From Verrucomicrobiota bacterium (GTDB taxonomy: Bacteria; Verrucomicrobiota; Verrucomicrobiia; Limisphaerales; CANJXF01), in NCBI GenBank assembly GCA_038214755.1, contig JBBQRQ010000043.1, forward strand, positions 1 to 40,819: DNA of 40,819 bases. Direction: 5' to 3'. The notes under the pieces were generated by a model. The model saw nothing but the letters and a program-made list of their open reading frames with translations. It was not told where the DNA came from and made no database searches. The position numbers and the translations under genes were made by a program. Positions 19,634 through 28,668 of the stretch are shown in pieces; the first letter of the stretch is position 1, and every line of letters starts with the position of its first letter.

Positions 19634-20047
19634 TTATTTTTTCGGAAAATATTCAGGCAAGCTGCGGCGAATTAATTCCAGCATCTCACCCATTTGTTCG
19701 CGCAGATTTTCGTAATCGTCGCCCAAGTCTGTTGTGTCCGAACCCGGATAATGTTGCGCGAAAAAATCCTCGGTTAGATCAGCGGCAAACCGCTCGAATG
19801 ATTTGAATCTGTCATCAAGTTTTCCAGCTTCACGAATTAAGCGGCTAAGATCGTGGGTCTTGACCAATTCCCAACCTCTCGCAATTAAATAGCCTTTTAG
19901 AAAACGCTCCGCCGCCTCTTGCAAAGTTTCAATTCCACTAGCCGTCAGTCCTTCCGTTCGCCAAAGAATATCCGCTGCCCGCAACCGCTCATCAGCGAAA
20001 GCAAACCAGTCTGAAGGCGATTTTTCGCTAGTTTTTTTACGCAACAT
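19634..20047 (-). CDS. HEPN domain protein
   Basis: DWFAFADERLRAA, LQEAAERFLKGYL, KTHDLSRL, HYPG. Confidence 0.88.
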   Translation of the reverse strand: MLRKKTSEKSPSDWFAFADERLRAADILWRTEGLTASGIETLQEAAERFLKGYLIARGWELVKTHDLSRLIREAGKLDDRFKSFERFAADLTEDFFAQHYPGSDTTDLGDDYENLREQMGEMLELIRRSLPEYFPKK

Positions 20048-20429
20048 ACAACTCCACTCCCTTGGAGAAAATATCCTCAAAGATGAAGCTGTGCTGCGCC
20101 AGTTTTTGCTCAACCTGTTCCGGAGTTTTTGAGAGTAGAGTGAACGAAAGAGGCGGGGCGGGCACTTCGTAAAACGCCATCCGAATTTCCACATTACTTT
20201 TTTTTTCGGAAGAAATGTTTTTCCGGACGATCAGCAAATCAACATCACTATGTTGGGTTGGTTGCCCGTAAGCCTGGCTGCCAAACAGAATAATTTTCTG
20301 AGGATGAAACTTTTCCACAATTACTTGCAAATAAGGCTCCAGTTGACTCGCAATTTTGTGAACGGGATAACGCGCGTCGCGCAAAGCGGGAAAATGGATG
20401 GTTTCGGAAATCATCAGGAGTCCATTCAT
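20037..20429 (-). CDS. minimal nucleotidyltransferase (MNT)
   Basis: KIILFGSQAYGQPTQHSDVDLLIV (GS-x10-DxD); overlaps the HEPN gene. Confidence 0.9.
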   Translation of the reverse strand: MNGLLMISETIHFPALRDARYPVHKIASQLEPYLQVIVEKFHPQKIILFGSQAYGQPTQHSDVDLLIVRKNISSEKKSNVEIRMAFYEVPAPPLSFTLLSKTPEQVEQKLAQHSFIFEDIFSKGVELYVA

Positions 20430-20635
20430 GCGTAGGCAAGCCGCCCTTTTGGTTCGGGAATTTCGCGCCCCAACTCTTTGGCCGTTTCAATCCATTCTCC
20501 AATGACAACGTCGATGTTCTGCAAAGCTTCTTCTCGCGTCCTGCCGTTCGCCATGCCACCGGGCAGTTCCGGCACCTCGACCAGAAACGCTTTGTCGCGC
20601 TCGCTCCAATACCTGATGAGTTCGTATTTAGTCAT
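20426..20635 (-). CDS. HicB family antitoxin
   Basis: YWSERDKAFLVEVPELPGGMANGRTREEAL...GREIPEPKGRL. Confidence 0.9.
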   Translation of the reverse strand: MTKYELIRYWSERDKAFLVEVPELPGGMANGRTREEALQNIDVVIGEWIETAKELGREIPEPKGRLAYA

Positions 20636-20883
20636 TCGTCTCCGAGAGTTCGTATTTCAAAATCAAATCCCGAACCTGTGCCACTTGATAATTTTTTGCG
20701 ACCTTTCCTCTGGGTTGAACGTTAATAATTTCTTAATTCCATCCAACGTAAAATGTGATGGCTGCCTTTCACACGCTCACGAAAGTCCAGCCTCCGACGC
20801 AAATGGCACAAATCATCGAAAGGAATGTTCGCGTCAGATTCTCCCAATAAAAATTTCTGACGCAGCCTGGCCCATTTTCCCAA
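20628..20883 (-). pseudogene. HicA toxin with two frameshifts
   Basis: TTG start GKWARLRQKFLLGESDANIPFDDLCHL...RVKGSHHI; after two 1-nt shifts it reads TLDGI/EIINVQPRGKVAKNYQVAQVRDLILKYEL. Confidence 0.82.
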
Positions 20884-20885
20884 TT

Positions 20886-22289
20886 CTAACTTTTCTTCAT
20901 GGAAATTTTCGCCAGCAGTTCGTCGCGCTGGGCCGTGTCCCCGCTGCCGCAACTTCCAGCCGCTTCGTGCGAGTGACTTTCTTCTTTCCGCGAAAAAACC
21001 GATTGCGCTCCATTCATAGCCGCCCGCGGAGAATTGATCGCCGCCTTTGCTTCGGCCAAATGACCTTTGCCGATGGAAGTGCCGTTGAAAGCAAACACGT
21101 CGCGCCCTTTGTAATACGGCTTCGGTTTTGCGCCGAAGTTGTATTTCATATTTTTGAAAGTATCGCTGAGCTTCGGGCTGAGCGCGCCGCTCGGATCATA
21201 GCCACAATGCACCATGCAATTTTCGCAGCGCGGATCGCGGGCGACGCCATCCACCACGCCATATTTTTCCCAATCCACTTTTTCTAACATTTCGTCGTAG
21301 CGCGGATAATGTCCGTCGGTCATCAAGTAACACGGCGCTTTCCATCCTTTGACGTTGCGGGTGGGAATGGCCCAGGCGGTGCAAGTGAGTTCGCGTTTGC
21401 CGGCGAGAAACTCCTGATAAACCGGCGTGCCGAAAATGGTGAAGCGTTCGCCCCACTCCTGAATTTTCGCAAATTTTTGCCGCGTCATTTTGCGAGTCAG
21501 GAAAAAATTTTCCGGCTGTTTGCCGAGGCGCGAGACCATGTCTTTTTTCGCCGCGTCGTATTCGTAGCCCGGAGAAATCGTGTGGCCGTCCACTTCCATC
21601 GCGGAGAAATACTCGAACATCTCCTCGATTTCTTTCACGTCCGTCTCTTTGTAAACGGTCGTGTTGGTCGCGACTTGATAGCCGAGAATTTTCGCCATCT
21701 TGATGGCATCGACGCATTCTTTGAAAACCCCTTCGCGTTCGACAATCAAATCGTGCGTGTATTCCAGTCCGTCGATATGAACATTCCAATACATCCATTT
21801 TGTCGGGGCGATAGTGGGGCGGGCATCCTGCCTGCCTTTGCGAATCGTCTCGGCATCTTTTTCGGAAATTAATTTTTCAGAAAGCAGCTTTGAAATTTTC
21901 GGCTCGATTTCCGGAGAATAAATTTTCGCCAGGTAATCGCGCATTTTTTTCCGCATGAACATTCCGTTGGTGCAGACGTAAACGATGCGGCCTTGCTCCA
22001 AAATTCCCGCGATGAGTTCTTCAATCTTTGGATAGATCAGCGGCTCGCCTCCGCAAATCGAAACCATCGGCGCATCGCATTCCGTCGCGGAAGCCAAACA
22101 ATCTTCGAGCGACATCATGTCTTTCAAGCTGGTGGAATACTCACGAATGCGCCCGCAACCGGTGCAGGTCAAATTGCAGGTGTGCAATGGTTCGAGTTGC
22201 AAAACGAGCGCGAACTTTGGCGTTCGGCGGATTTTATGTTTGATGATATGACGGGCGATTTTCGCCGTCAGCCCTAGTGGGAATCGCAT
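20886..22289 (-). CDS. hpnH: adenosylhopane-forming radical SAM protein
   Basis: LVLQLEPLHTCNLTCTGCGRI, APMVSICGGEPL, CTAWAIPTRN, DPRCENCMVHCGYD. Confidence 0.88.
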   Translation of the reverse strand: MRFPLGLTAKIARHIIKHKIRRTPKFALVLQLEPLHTCNLTCTGCGRIREYSTSLKDMMSLEDCLASATECDAPMVSICGGEPLIYPKIEELIAGILEQGRIVYVCTNGMFMRKKMRDYLAKIYSPEIEPKISKLLSEKLISEKDAETIRKGRQDARPTIAPTKWMYWNVHIDGLEYTHDLIVEREGVFKECVDAIKMAKILGYQVATNTTVYKETDVKEIEEMFEYFSAMEVDGHTISPGYEYDAAKKDMVSRLGKQPENFFLTRKMTRQKFAKIQEWGERFTIFGTPVYQEFLAGKRELTCTAWAIPTRNVKGWKAPCYLMTDGHYPRYDEMLEKVDWEKYGVVDGVARDPRCENCMVHCGYDPSGALSPKLSDTFKNMKYNFGAKPKPYYKGRDVFAFNGTSIGKGHLAEAKAAINSPRAAMNGAQSVFSRKEESHSHEAAGSCGSGDTAQRDELLAKISMKKS

Positions 22290-22292
22290 AAT

Positions 22293-22529
22293 TTAATTGG
22301 CTTGTGCCAGTTCGTTGGCAGACTCCGGTGGTGAAATGGGCGGAGGGGTTTGTTCTGACGGGGCTTTGTTTTGCACAAGTCCAGGCAGGAAGAAACTCAA
22401 TGGCGAAACACTGCGAGAGGCGTTGATGCCGCTGCAACCCGCGCCCAATAAAATGATGGCAGCGAGAACTGCCAGCCGCGGAAGAATCCAATTCAATTTC
22501 ACAGTGGCGAATATAAAAGAGGTCAACAT
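22293..22529 (-). CDS. small putative lipoprotein
   Basis: Hydrophobic stretch ending in LGAGC lipobox, then SVSPLSFFLPGL; 3 bp upstream of hpnH. Confidence 0.6.
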   Translation of the reverse strand: MLTSFIFATVKLNWILPRLAVLAAIILLGAGCSGINASRSVSPLSFFLPGLVQNKAPSEQTPPPISPPESANELAQAN

Positions 22530-22701
22530 GATAGCAACTTTTAATTGTCCCTCGCCAAAGAACAGCACGTATCCTGGAAGCGCCTCCAACGGGATGGAGT
22601 CGGCCATAGTAGCGCAGTGCGTCTCGCCTGCGCCTCTCGCCCCTTTCTCCCTGCGCAGGCGCTACGCGCTCCACTACTTTGGGATATTCGCCCGATGCAG
22701 C

Positions 22702-23523
22702 TTGAGGAACAATGTCCCGCTTTTTCCCGTCCAGCTAATACGGATTTTCCGTCCCCGACTGATTGTTTACCTGAATGTCCTGGCACTTTTTGCCGCCATT
22801 TTTGTGGCAAAAGGAAAAAGCGTCGAAGAATCTCTTTTCGCCACCCGCGCAAAAAAAAACTTCGCGCTGGCCCAAACCCATTTCGAGGCGGAGCCGACGA
22901 ATTCGGAAGCGGCCTTGAAATTGGGACAGGCAGCTTTCGACTGGGCTGAGTTCGCGGCCGACCACAAGCAGCGCCAGGAACTGGCCGATCAAGGGATCGA
23001 GGCCTGTCGCCAGGTGATTGCCGGGCGGCCCAACTCCGTTGCGGGCCATTATTATCTGGGCATGAATCTCGGACAGCTCGCGCGCACGAAAAAATTGGGC
23101 GCTTTGAAACTGGTTACCGAAATGGAGTTGGAATTTAAAATCGCGCGGGACTTGGATGAAAATTTTGATTTCGCGGGACCGGACCGCAATTTGGGACTGC
23201 TTTACTTTGAAGCACCCGGCTGGCCGACCAGCATCGGTAATCGCAGCAAAGCGCGGAACCATTTGCAACGAACCGTTTTTCTCAAGCCGAATTATCTCGA
23301 AAACCATCTGGCCTTACTCGAGGCGTTTTTGAAATGGGGAGATAAAAATGGGGCCGAACGCGAAATGAAATCAATCCGGGAACTCTGGCCGGCGGCAAAA
23401 AAGGAGTTGTCGGGCGAGCAATGGGAATCCAGTTGGTGGGATTGGAACCAGCGCTGGGAGAAAGCGAAAAACAAGTTTGCCGAGTTGAACAAACTATATA
23501 AATCACCTCGCATCCGGGAATAA
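22702..23523 (+). CDS. TPR-like (TatT-like) exported protein
   Basis: Helical repeats (GHYYLGMNLGQLA, AGPDRNLGLLYFEAPGWPTSIG); start uncertain, and the first ~135 codons of the track ORF overlap an opposite-strand gene. Confidence 0.7.
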   Translation: MRNNVPLFPVQLIRIFRPRLIVYLNVLALFAAIFVAKGKSVEESLFATRAKKNFALAQTHFEAEPTNSEAALKLGQAAFDWAEFAADHKQRQELADQGIEACRQVIAGRPNSVAGHYYLGMNLGQLARTKKLGALKLVTEMELEFKIARDLDENFDFAGPDRNLGLLYFEAPGWPTSIGNRSKARNHLQRTVFLKPNYLENHLALLEAFLKWGDKNGAEREMKSIRELWPAAKKELSGEQWESSWWDWNQRWEKAKNKFAELNKLYKSPRIRE

Positions 23524-23531
23524 CTTTGCCT

Positions 23532-23942
23532 ATGAAAACTTTTCTCTCCCGGTTTATTTCTTTGTTAAGAAGTGGCGTCCGGCGCATTTCAATTTTGCTT
23601 TTGTTGAGCGGCCTGTTCTGGTGCGGATGCGCCAGAATGAAATCCTGGGTTCCGCATTTTTCGAAAAAAGAGAAACCAACTCCCGCGCGCGCAACCAAGC
23701 CGGTGGCAACTCCCCTTATTTATGACTTGGGAAAAATCGCGAGGGTGGACGCCAACGCGCGTTACGTGGTGATGACTTTTCCTCTGGGCGGTGCTCCTGC
23801 AATGGATCAGCGGCTCAATGTGTATCGCAACGGGTTGAAAGTGGCGGAAGTCAAAGTGACCGGCCCGCAACGCGACAATAATACCGTGGCCGATATTATT
23901 TTGGGGCAGCCGCAAGTGAACGACGAAGTGAGGGCGGATTGA
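23532..23942 (+). CDS. putative lipoprotein
   Basis: LLLLSGLFWCGC signal; C-terminal beta-rich domain (LNVYRNGLKVAEVKVTGP). Confidence 0.7.
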   Translation: MKTFLSRFISLLRSGVRRISILLLLSGLFWCGCARMKSWVPHFSKKEKPTPARATKPVATPLIYDLGKIARVDANARYVVMTFPLGGAPAMDQRLNVYRNGLKVAEVKVTGPQRDNNTVADIILGQPQVNDEVRAD

Positions 23943-23947
23943 TTCTA

Positions 23948-24110
23948 AAATCCGAAATCCGAAATCCGAGAGCCGAAAGAAATCCGAGAGCCGAAAGCCG
24001 GGAACTCCGCGGAACTGGGCGGGCGGCAAAACAATTTTCTGGGGCGCTGGCGAGTCGTTTCGGATTTCGGACTTCTTTCGGATTTCGGGGATTCGGATTT
24101 CGGATTTCGG
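23948..24110. repeat. inverted heptamer arrays without an internal gene
   Basis: AAATCCG-like array 23948-24004 and CGGATTT-like array 24058-24110, between convergent genes. Confidence 0.88.
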
Positions 24111-24111
24111 T

Positions 24112-24417
24112 CTAAGTGGCTTTGGCGGTTTTGGCCGCAGGTTTTTTTCGATAGGGCGAAGAAAGGTTGAAATAAATTCCACAAAGCGGACGCCCATTTT
24201 CCGTCTGGCTGAGAATAATCGTGATCTGTTTATCGAGCGCGATGCCGTGGCGCAGGTTGGTCCCTCGGCTCAAGTAAGCTTTGATCGCTTTGTCCACCAG
24301 CCGCTCCAGCGCTTCGCCGCATTCCTCGGGAGTCTTGTCGAGGCATACGACATATTTTTCAAAATTCCTGACCGCTTCGGAAATTTCCTGCGTGAACATT
24401 TCAACTGTCAAATCCAT
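24112..24417 (-). CDS. hypothetical protein
   Basis: 101-aa ORF with plausible promoter TTTACA...TAATTT just before ATG. Confidence 0.7.
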   Translation of the reverse strand: MDLTVEMFTQEISEAVRNFEKYVVCLDKTPEECGEALERLVDKAIKAYLSRGTNLRHGIALDKQITIILSQTENGRPLCGIYFNLSSPYRKKPAAKTAKAT

Positions 24418-24471
24418 GGGGCAAAATTAAAACCCCATCCCTCAGATGTAAATTCATTATCACATCAGGGA

Positions 24472-24675
24472 GGGTGTGATTAAAAGTGGGTGAGGTTGGA
24501 ACCGATCTTATTTTGGACTGCGGGGACACGTCCCCGCTTTGACTGCACGGTGGAAAAGCCGGAAAGGTTCTTCATTTTGCGCACTTGCTCCACCGCGGAA
24601 CGTGCAGGAAAAGCGGCGTCATGCCGCCGCAGTCCAAGAAACCAAATCCAGCCTCACCCGCTTTTAATCACACCC
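24472..24675. mobile_element. MITE with ~29-bp TIRs and 9-bp target duplication, carrying a REP doublet
   Basis: TIRs GGGTGTGATTAAAAGTGGGTGAGGTTGGA / TCCAGCCTCACCCGCTTTTAATCACACCC; direct repeat CATCAGGGA at 24463-24471 and 24676-24684; inner TTGGACTGCGG...CCGCAGTCCAA at 24513-24637. Confidence 0.88.
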
Positions 24676-24752
24676 CATCAGGGAAGCTTCAAGACAGAGC
24701 GTTGCCAACGGGATAGGTCTTGCCGCTGCCGTTCGTCGCGTGGGTGCTAAAC

Positions 24753-26321
24753 CTATGAAAGCGAAGCTGTCGCACTACCGCCAAATTTGATTCCTTGCGC
24801 GAGCGGCAACTCCTTCGAGTAATTGATCGTGACGGTCTGCCGCCGCATGTAATTTTTCCAGGAATCACTTCCGCTCTCGCGCCCGCCGCCGGTTTCTTTC
24901 TCGCCGCCAAACGCGCCGCCGATCTCCGCGCCGCTCGTGCCGATGTTCACGTTGGCAATTCCGCAATCACTGCCACGGCCCGATAAAAACAATTCCGCTT
25001 CGCGCAGTTCATTCGTGAAGATCGCGGAACTGAGTCCTTGCGGAACTGAATTGTGCGCGGCAATGGCTTCTTCCAACTTGCAATAAGGAATCAAATATAA
25101 AATCGGCGCGAACGTTTCTTCGTGAACAATTTTGAAGGTCGCTTTGGCCGTGGCGATACAGGGAGTGACGTAGCCACCGCCCGGATAATTCGCGCCGCGC
25201 AATCTTTCTCCGCCATATAAAATTTTTCCACCCTCGCGTTGAAGTTGTTTGAGCGCAACTTGCATTTGTGCAACTGCGCCTGAATCAATCAGCGGCCCCA
25301 TCAGAGTTTTCGAGTCGAGTGGATTTCCGATTTGAACTTGTTTGTAGGCGGCGAGCAAACGGTTCGTCAGGTCGGCTTGAATCGATTCGTGAACAAAAAC
25401 GCGCCGCGTGGAAGTGCAGCGTTGTCCGGCCGTTCCAACTGCGCCGAACAAAATTGCTGGAGTTGCCAAATCTAAATCTGCACTGGGCGCGACGATGATT
25501 CCATTGTTGCCGCCAAGTTCGAGCAACGTTTTTCCCATGCGACGAATCACGGCCTCGCCGACCGCGCGTCCCATTTTTGTCGAGCCAGTAGCGGAGATGA
25601 GCGGAACTCTTTTGTCGTTGGCCAGACGTTCGCCCACACTTTTTCTATCGCCAATCGCGAGCGAGAAAATCGCCGGATCAATTTTGTTGGCGCGACAAAC
25701 TTTCTCCGCAATTTTAATTGTCGCGATGGCGGTGAGTGGAGTTTTTTCGGAAGGTTTCCATAGAGTTGAATCACCGCACACCGCGGCGAGCACGCTGTTC
25801 CACGCCCAGACCGCCACGGGAAAATTGAACGCGCTGATGATGCCCACGACACCCAGCGGCTGCCACTGTTCCATCATGCGATGCTGCGGACGTTCCGACG
25901 CGATGGTCAGCCCGTAAAGTTGGCGCGAAAGCCCGACCGCGAAATCGCAAATGTCGATCATCTCCTGAACTTCGCCTTCGCCTTCGGCTAAAATTTTTCC
26001 AGTTTCGAGCGTGACAAGTTTTCCCAAATCTTTTTTCGCGGCGCGCAGAGCATTTCCAAATTGGCGAATCACTTCACCGCGTTTTGGCGCGGGAATATTT
26101 CGCCAGTTTTCAAAAGCGGCTTGGGCGCTTTGAATGGTTTTTTCGTAGTCGGCCGCAGTGGCGGTGCGGACGCGCGCCAAAACTTTTCCATCGATGGGTG
26201 AAATACTTTTTAGAAGTGGTCCGCTGCCGAGCCACTCGCCGCAAAAGACGCCGGGATTATTTTCTCTGAGGCCGAGTTTTTTCAGGAGAGCGGCAATGGA
26301 TTTCTTATCTTTGGTTTTCAT
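24753..26321 (-). CDS. aldehyde dehydrogenase, ALDH7 / piperideine-6-carboxylate dehydrogenase type
   Basis: GEVQEMIDICDFAVGLSRQLYG, ISAFNFPVAVWAWN, LELGGNN, GQRCTS, GAEIGGAFGGEKETGGGRESGSD. Confidence 0.93.
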   Translation of the reverse strand: MKTKDKKSIAALLKKLGLRENNPGVFCGEWLGSGPLLKSISPIDGKVLARVRTATAADYEKTIQSAQAAFENWRNIPAPKRGEVIRQFGNALRAAKKDLGKLVTLETGKILAEGEGEVQEMIDICDFAVGLSRQLYGLTIASERPQHRMMEQWQPLGVVGIISAFNFPVAVWAWNSVLAAVCGDSTLWKPSEKTPLTAIATIKIAEKVCRANKIDPAIFSLAIGDRKSVGERLANDKRVPLISATGSTKMGRAVGEAVIRRMGKTLLELGGNNGIIVAPSADLDLATPAILFGAVGTAGQRCTSTRRVFVHESIQADLTNRLLAAYKQVQIGNPLDSKTLMGPLIDSGAVAQMQVALKQLQREGGKILYGGERLRGANYPGGGYVTPCIATAKATFKIVHEETFAPILYLIPYCKLEEAIAAHNSVPQGLSSAIFTNELREAELFLSGRGSDCGIANVNIGTSGAEIGGAFGGEKETGGGRESGSDSWKNYMRRQTVTINYSKELPLAQGIKFGGSATASLS

Positions 26322-26378
26322 TTTTTTCCAAGAAGTTGTTTAACCGCGAATAGACACGAGCGCGGCGAAGCCGCAGCA

Positions 26379-26451
26379 ACGGAGCGCCGGTTTGCAAACC
26401 GGCTTAACCTCGCCGCATTGATGCAAAGCCGGTTGCAAACCGGCGCTCCGT
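26379..26451. repeat. REP doublet (GGAGCGCCGG family)
   Basis: acggagcgccggtttgcaaaccggctt ... aagccggttgcaaaccggcgctccgt. Confidence 0.85.
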
Positions 26452-26461
26452 CCATTCGTGT

Positions 26462-27823
26462 TCATTGGTGTGCGTTCGTGGTTTCACTTTGCGTGAGCGG
26501 CTGGCCATACGGCAATTCATCCGGCACTTCGCAGAATTCACCGACCGCTTTCCACAGTTTTGAAAAATCTTTGTTCACATCGCCGGACAAACAATCCGTC
26601 ACATCTCCGGCGAGTTCGGGATATTGGTCCGTCAATTTGCGGAAGCTGAAATTGGGATCGTAAAACGCATAAACGAGCTTGCGCATGTTTTCGATTCCTT
26701 CACGCATGTAGCGGCCGTATTCGCCGAAGCGCGCGGGAGAAAAATCATTTTCGCGAATGGCGTCGGAAACAATTTCCCCAGCCCTCACGCCACTTTTCAG
26801 AGCGAGCATGACGCCGGAAGAAAAAACCGGATCGAGAAAACTGAGCGCGTCCCCAACGAGCAGCAAACCTTCGCTGGCGCAATGATGCGAATGAAATGAA
26901 AATTCATTGGTAACAAAAAATTTCCCGACCTGCTTTCCCTCGGCGAGATATTTTTTGATCCAAAGATTTTGCTCCACTTCGCGCGCGAAGATTTGCGCCA
27001 AATCCTTCACGCCTCCGCGCGTCAGATATTTCCCCTCCGCCACCACGCCCACGCTGACCATGTCGTTGTGTTGCGGGATGTACCAGAACCAGCCTTTTTC
27101 GGGGACGAACGCCACGGTGGTCGCGCCTTCATCAATTCCTTTGTCGCGTTTTGCGCCTTTGTAATAAGTCCAGACGGCGACTTTTTTTAAATATGGATCG
27201 GGCAATCGCCAGCCGTTGCGGACCGCGGCGAAAGATTCTTTGCCCGAGCAATCGAGCGTGATCGGCGCGAAAAATTCCTGGATTGCGCCAGATTTATTTT
27301 TTACGCGAACGCCAACACAACGTGTTGCCGAGATTCTCTCGGCAGAATCGGGGTTTTGCGCGGCATGACTTGAGGAACTTTTCTGCCGAGAGGATCTCGG
27401 CAGCACATTCTCGCGTAGCAATTCCATCACTTTCATTTCTTCGCGAACGACGGCTCCTTTTTCACGAGCGTTGTTCAAGAGTATTTCGTCGAATTCCGAA
27501 CGAAGCACCTGCCAGGTCTGCGCGACATCTTTTTCGTAGCGCGTTTCAAAATAAAATGGCTGCGATGCTTTTCCCGAAGGCGAGACGAATTGAACACTGT
27601 ATTTTTTTGTGAACCGTGACTTCCGCATTTTCTCAATTAGTCCGAGTCGTTGCAGGGGAAAAAAAGTAAAGGGCAAAAGCGATTCGCCAATGTGGTAGCG
27701 CGGAAATTTTTCCCGCTCCAACACAAGAACGCGATGGCCTTGTTCGGCGAGAATGGCGGCGGACGACGCGCCCGCCGGGCCGCCGCCAATGACGATTGCG
27801 TCGAATTTGTTTTCTTTGGTCAT
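26462..27823 (-). CDS. flavin-dependent halogenase-like oxidoreductase
   Basis: GGGPAG, FPRYHIGESL, conserved Lys in FTKKYS, GWFWYIP (WxWxIP), FLDPVFSSGV (FxxPxxSxG). Confidence 0.85.
   Translation of the reverse strand: MTKENKFDAIVIGGGPAGASSAAILAEQGHRVLVLEREKFPRYHIGESLLPFTFFPLQRLGLIEKMRKSRFTKKYSVQFVSPSGKASQPFYFETRYEKDVAQTWQVLRSEFDEILLNNAREKGAVVREEMKVMELLRENVLPRSSRQKSSSSHAAQNPDSAERISATRCVGVRVKNKSGAIQEFFAPITLDCSGKESFAAVRNGWRLPDPYLKKVAVWTYYKGAKRDKGIDEGATTVAFVPEKGWFWYIPQHNDMVSVGVVAEGKYLTRGGVKDLAQIFAREVEQNLWIKKYLAEGKQVGKFFVTNEFSFHSHHCASEGLLLVGDALSFLDPVFSSGVMLALKSGVRAGEIVSDAIRENDFSPARFGEYGRYMREGIENMRKLVYAFYDPNFSFRKLTDQYPELAGDVTDCLSGDVNKDFSKLWKAVGEFCEVPDELPYGQPLTQSETTNAHQ
27322..27406. repeat. palindromic doublet (family C) in-frame inside the halogenase-like gene
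   Basis: GTGTTGCCGAGATTCTCTCGGCAGAA ... TTCTGCCGAGAGGATCTCGGCAGCAC. Confidence 0.85.
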
Positions 27824-27830
27824 TGCTGAA

Positions 27831-27860
27831 TTCGCACCCGCCGGAGGCAGATGTTACCCG
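27831..27860. repeat. single REP arm (family A)
   Basis: ttcgcacccgccggaggcagatgttacccg fills most of a 37-bp intergenic gap. Confidence 0.85.
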
Positions 27861-28439
27861 TCAGGGCGGCAAAATTTCGACGATCTCGGCGAGCGGCCTG
27901 TCCCAGTTATCCACGAGGTTGTTGCGGCGGCCATAGAGGGCATGGGTGCCATTTAATTTCAGCGCGCGATTCATGAAGTCGTCCGAAGTGACGGCGAGAA
28001 AAGTTCGCGGTCGGCTGGAATGAGCGACGTTGAACTGCTTCAAGATTTGGCCGAGCGGACGTTGTTCTTTGAGAATCTCTTTTTGGGCTTCAGCAGAAAA
28101 TAAATCCAAAACGATTTTGATCGCGCCGAATTCAACCGGCTTTTTCGCGCCGCTTGAAAGGAGAACCACTTCGCGAAAATATTCATTCTCATGCGTGTGC
28201 CGCGCCAGCAGTTGGATGTGGATGCTGTCGCCGTGAAATGCTTCCAGACGCGAAGTCATATCGCCTTCATGCACGAGGAGGGATTGGTAAGGCTCCGGGA
28301 TTTCGGTGGGTTCGACGCGGCCGATAACGGGCAAGGGATCGCCGCGCTGCTGATAAAATTCATCGAGCGGATAAACGTCGGAGTAAATCGCGCGCGGGGC
28401 AAAGGCTTGAACTTCTGATTTTTTTTGTGAGTTAGGCAT
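27861..28439 (-). CDS. chorismate lyase-like (UbiC/UTRA fold) protein
   Basis: LLVHEGDMTSRLEAF, YFREVVL, VEFGAI, RPLGQIL, YGRR...LAEIVEILP pattern. Confidence 0.65.
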   Translation of the reverse strand: MPNSQKKSEVQAFAPRAIYSDVYPLDEFYQQRGDPLPVIGRVEPTEIPEPYQSLLVHEGDMTSRLEAFHGDSIHIQLLARHTHENEYFREVVLLSSGAKKPVEFGAIKIVLDLFSAEAQKEILKEQRPLGQILKQFNVAHSSRPRTFLAVTSDDFMNRALKLNGTHALYGRRNNLVDNWDRPLAEIVEILPP

Positions 28440-28450
28440 ATCGGAGACTT

Positions 28451-28663
28451 TCAGGTTTTAGCCAGGGCTGCTTTGCGATGTTGCGGCGAAGTGCGGCCCC
28501 AGTAACCGGGTTTAGTTTTTTTCCCTTCAAAGGAAACCACTTTGCGCCCGAAGGATTTTTCCAACTCCTTCAAATGAGCGACATAGTTGTCCAGATTGCC
28601 ATTGTGTTCAGCGAGCAACTCTTCCCGGTTGCGCCAGACTTCTTCAAGGATTTCGTCTTTCAT
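28451..28663 (-). CDS. small partner (putative antitoxin) of the PIN toxin
   Basis: MKDEILEEVWRNREELLAEHNGNL; 5 bp downstream of the PIN gene. Confidence 0.7.
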   Translation of the reverse strand: MKDEILEEVWRNREELLAEHNGNLDNYVAHLKELEKSFGRKVVSFEGKKTKPGYWGRTSPQHRKAALAKT

Positions 28664-28668
28664 AGCTT

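Noticed and set aside
20478..21287. 269-aa plus-strand ORF, and similar ones at 1142-1726, 18403-19182 and 29713-30495
   Set aside because: Antisense to well-supported minus-strand genes
22297..22701. Long N-terminal extension of the TPR-like ORF
   Set aside because: Overlaps an opposite-strand lipoprotein gene and a probable divergent promoter region
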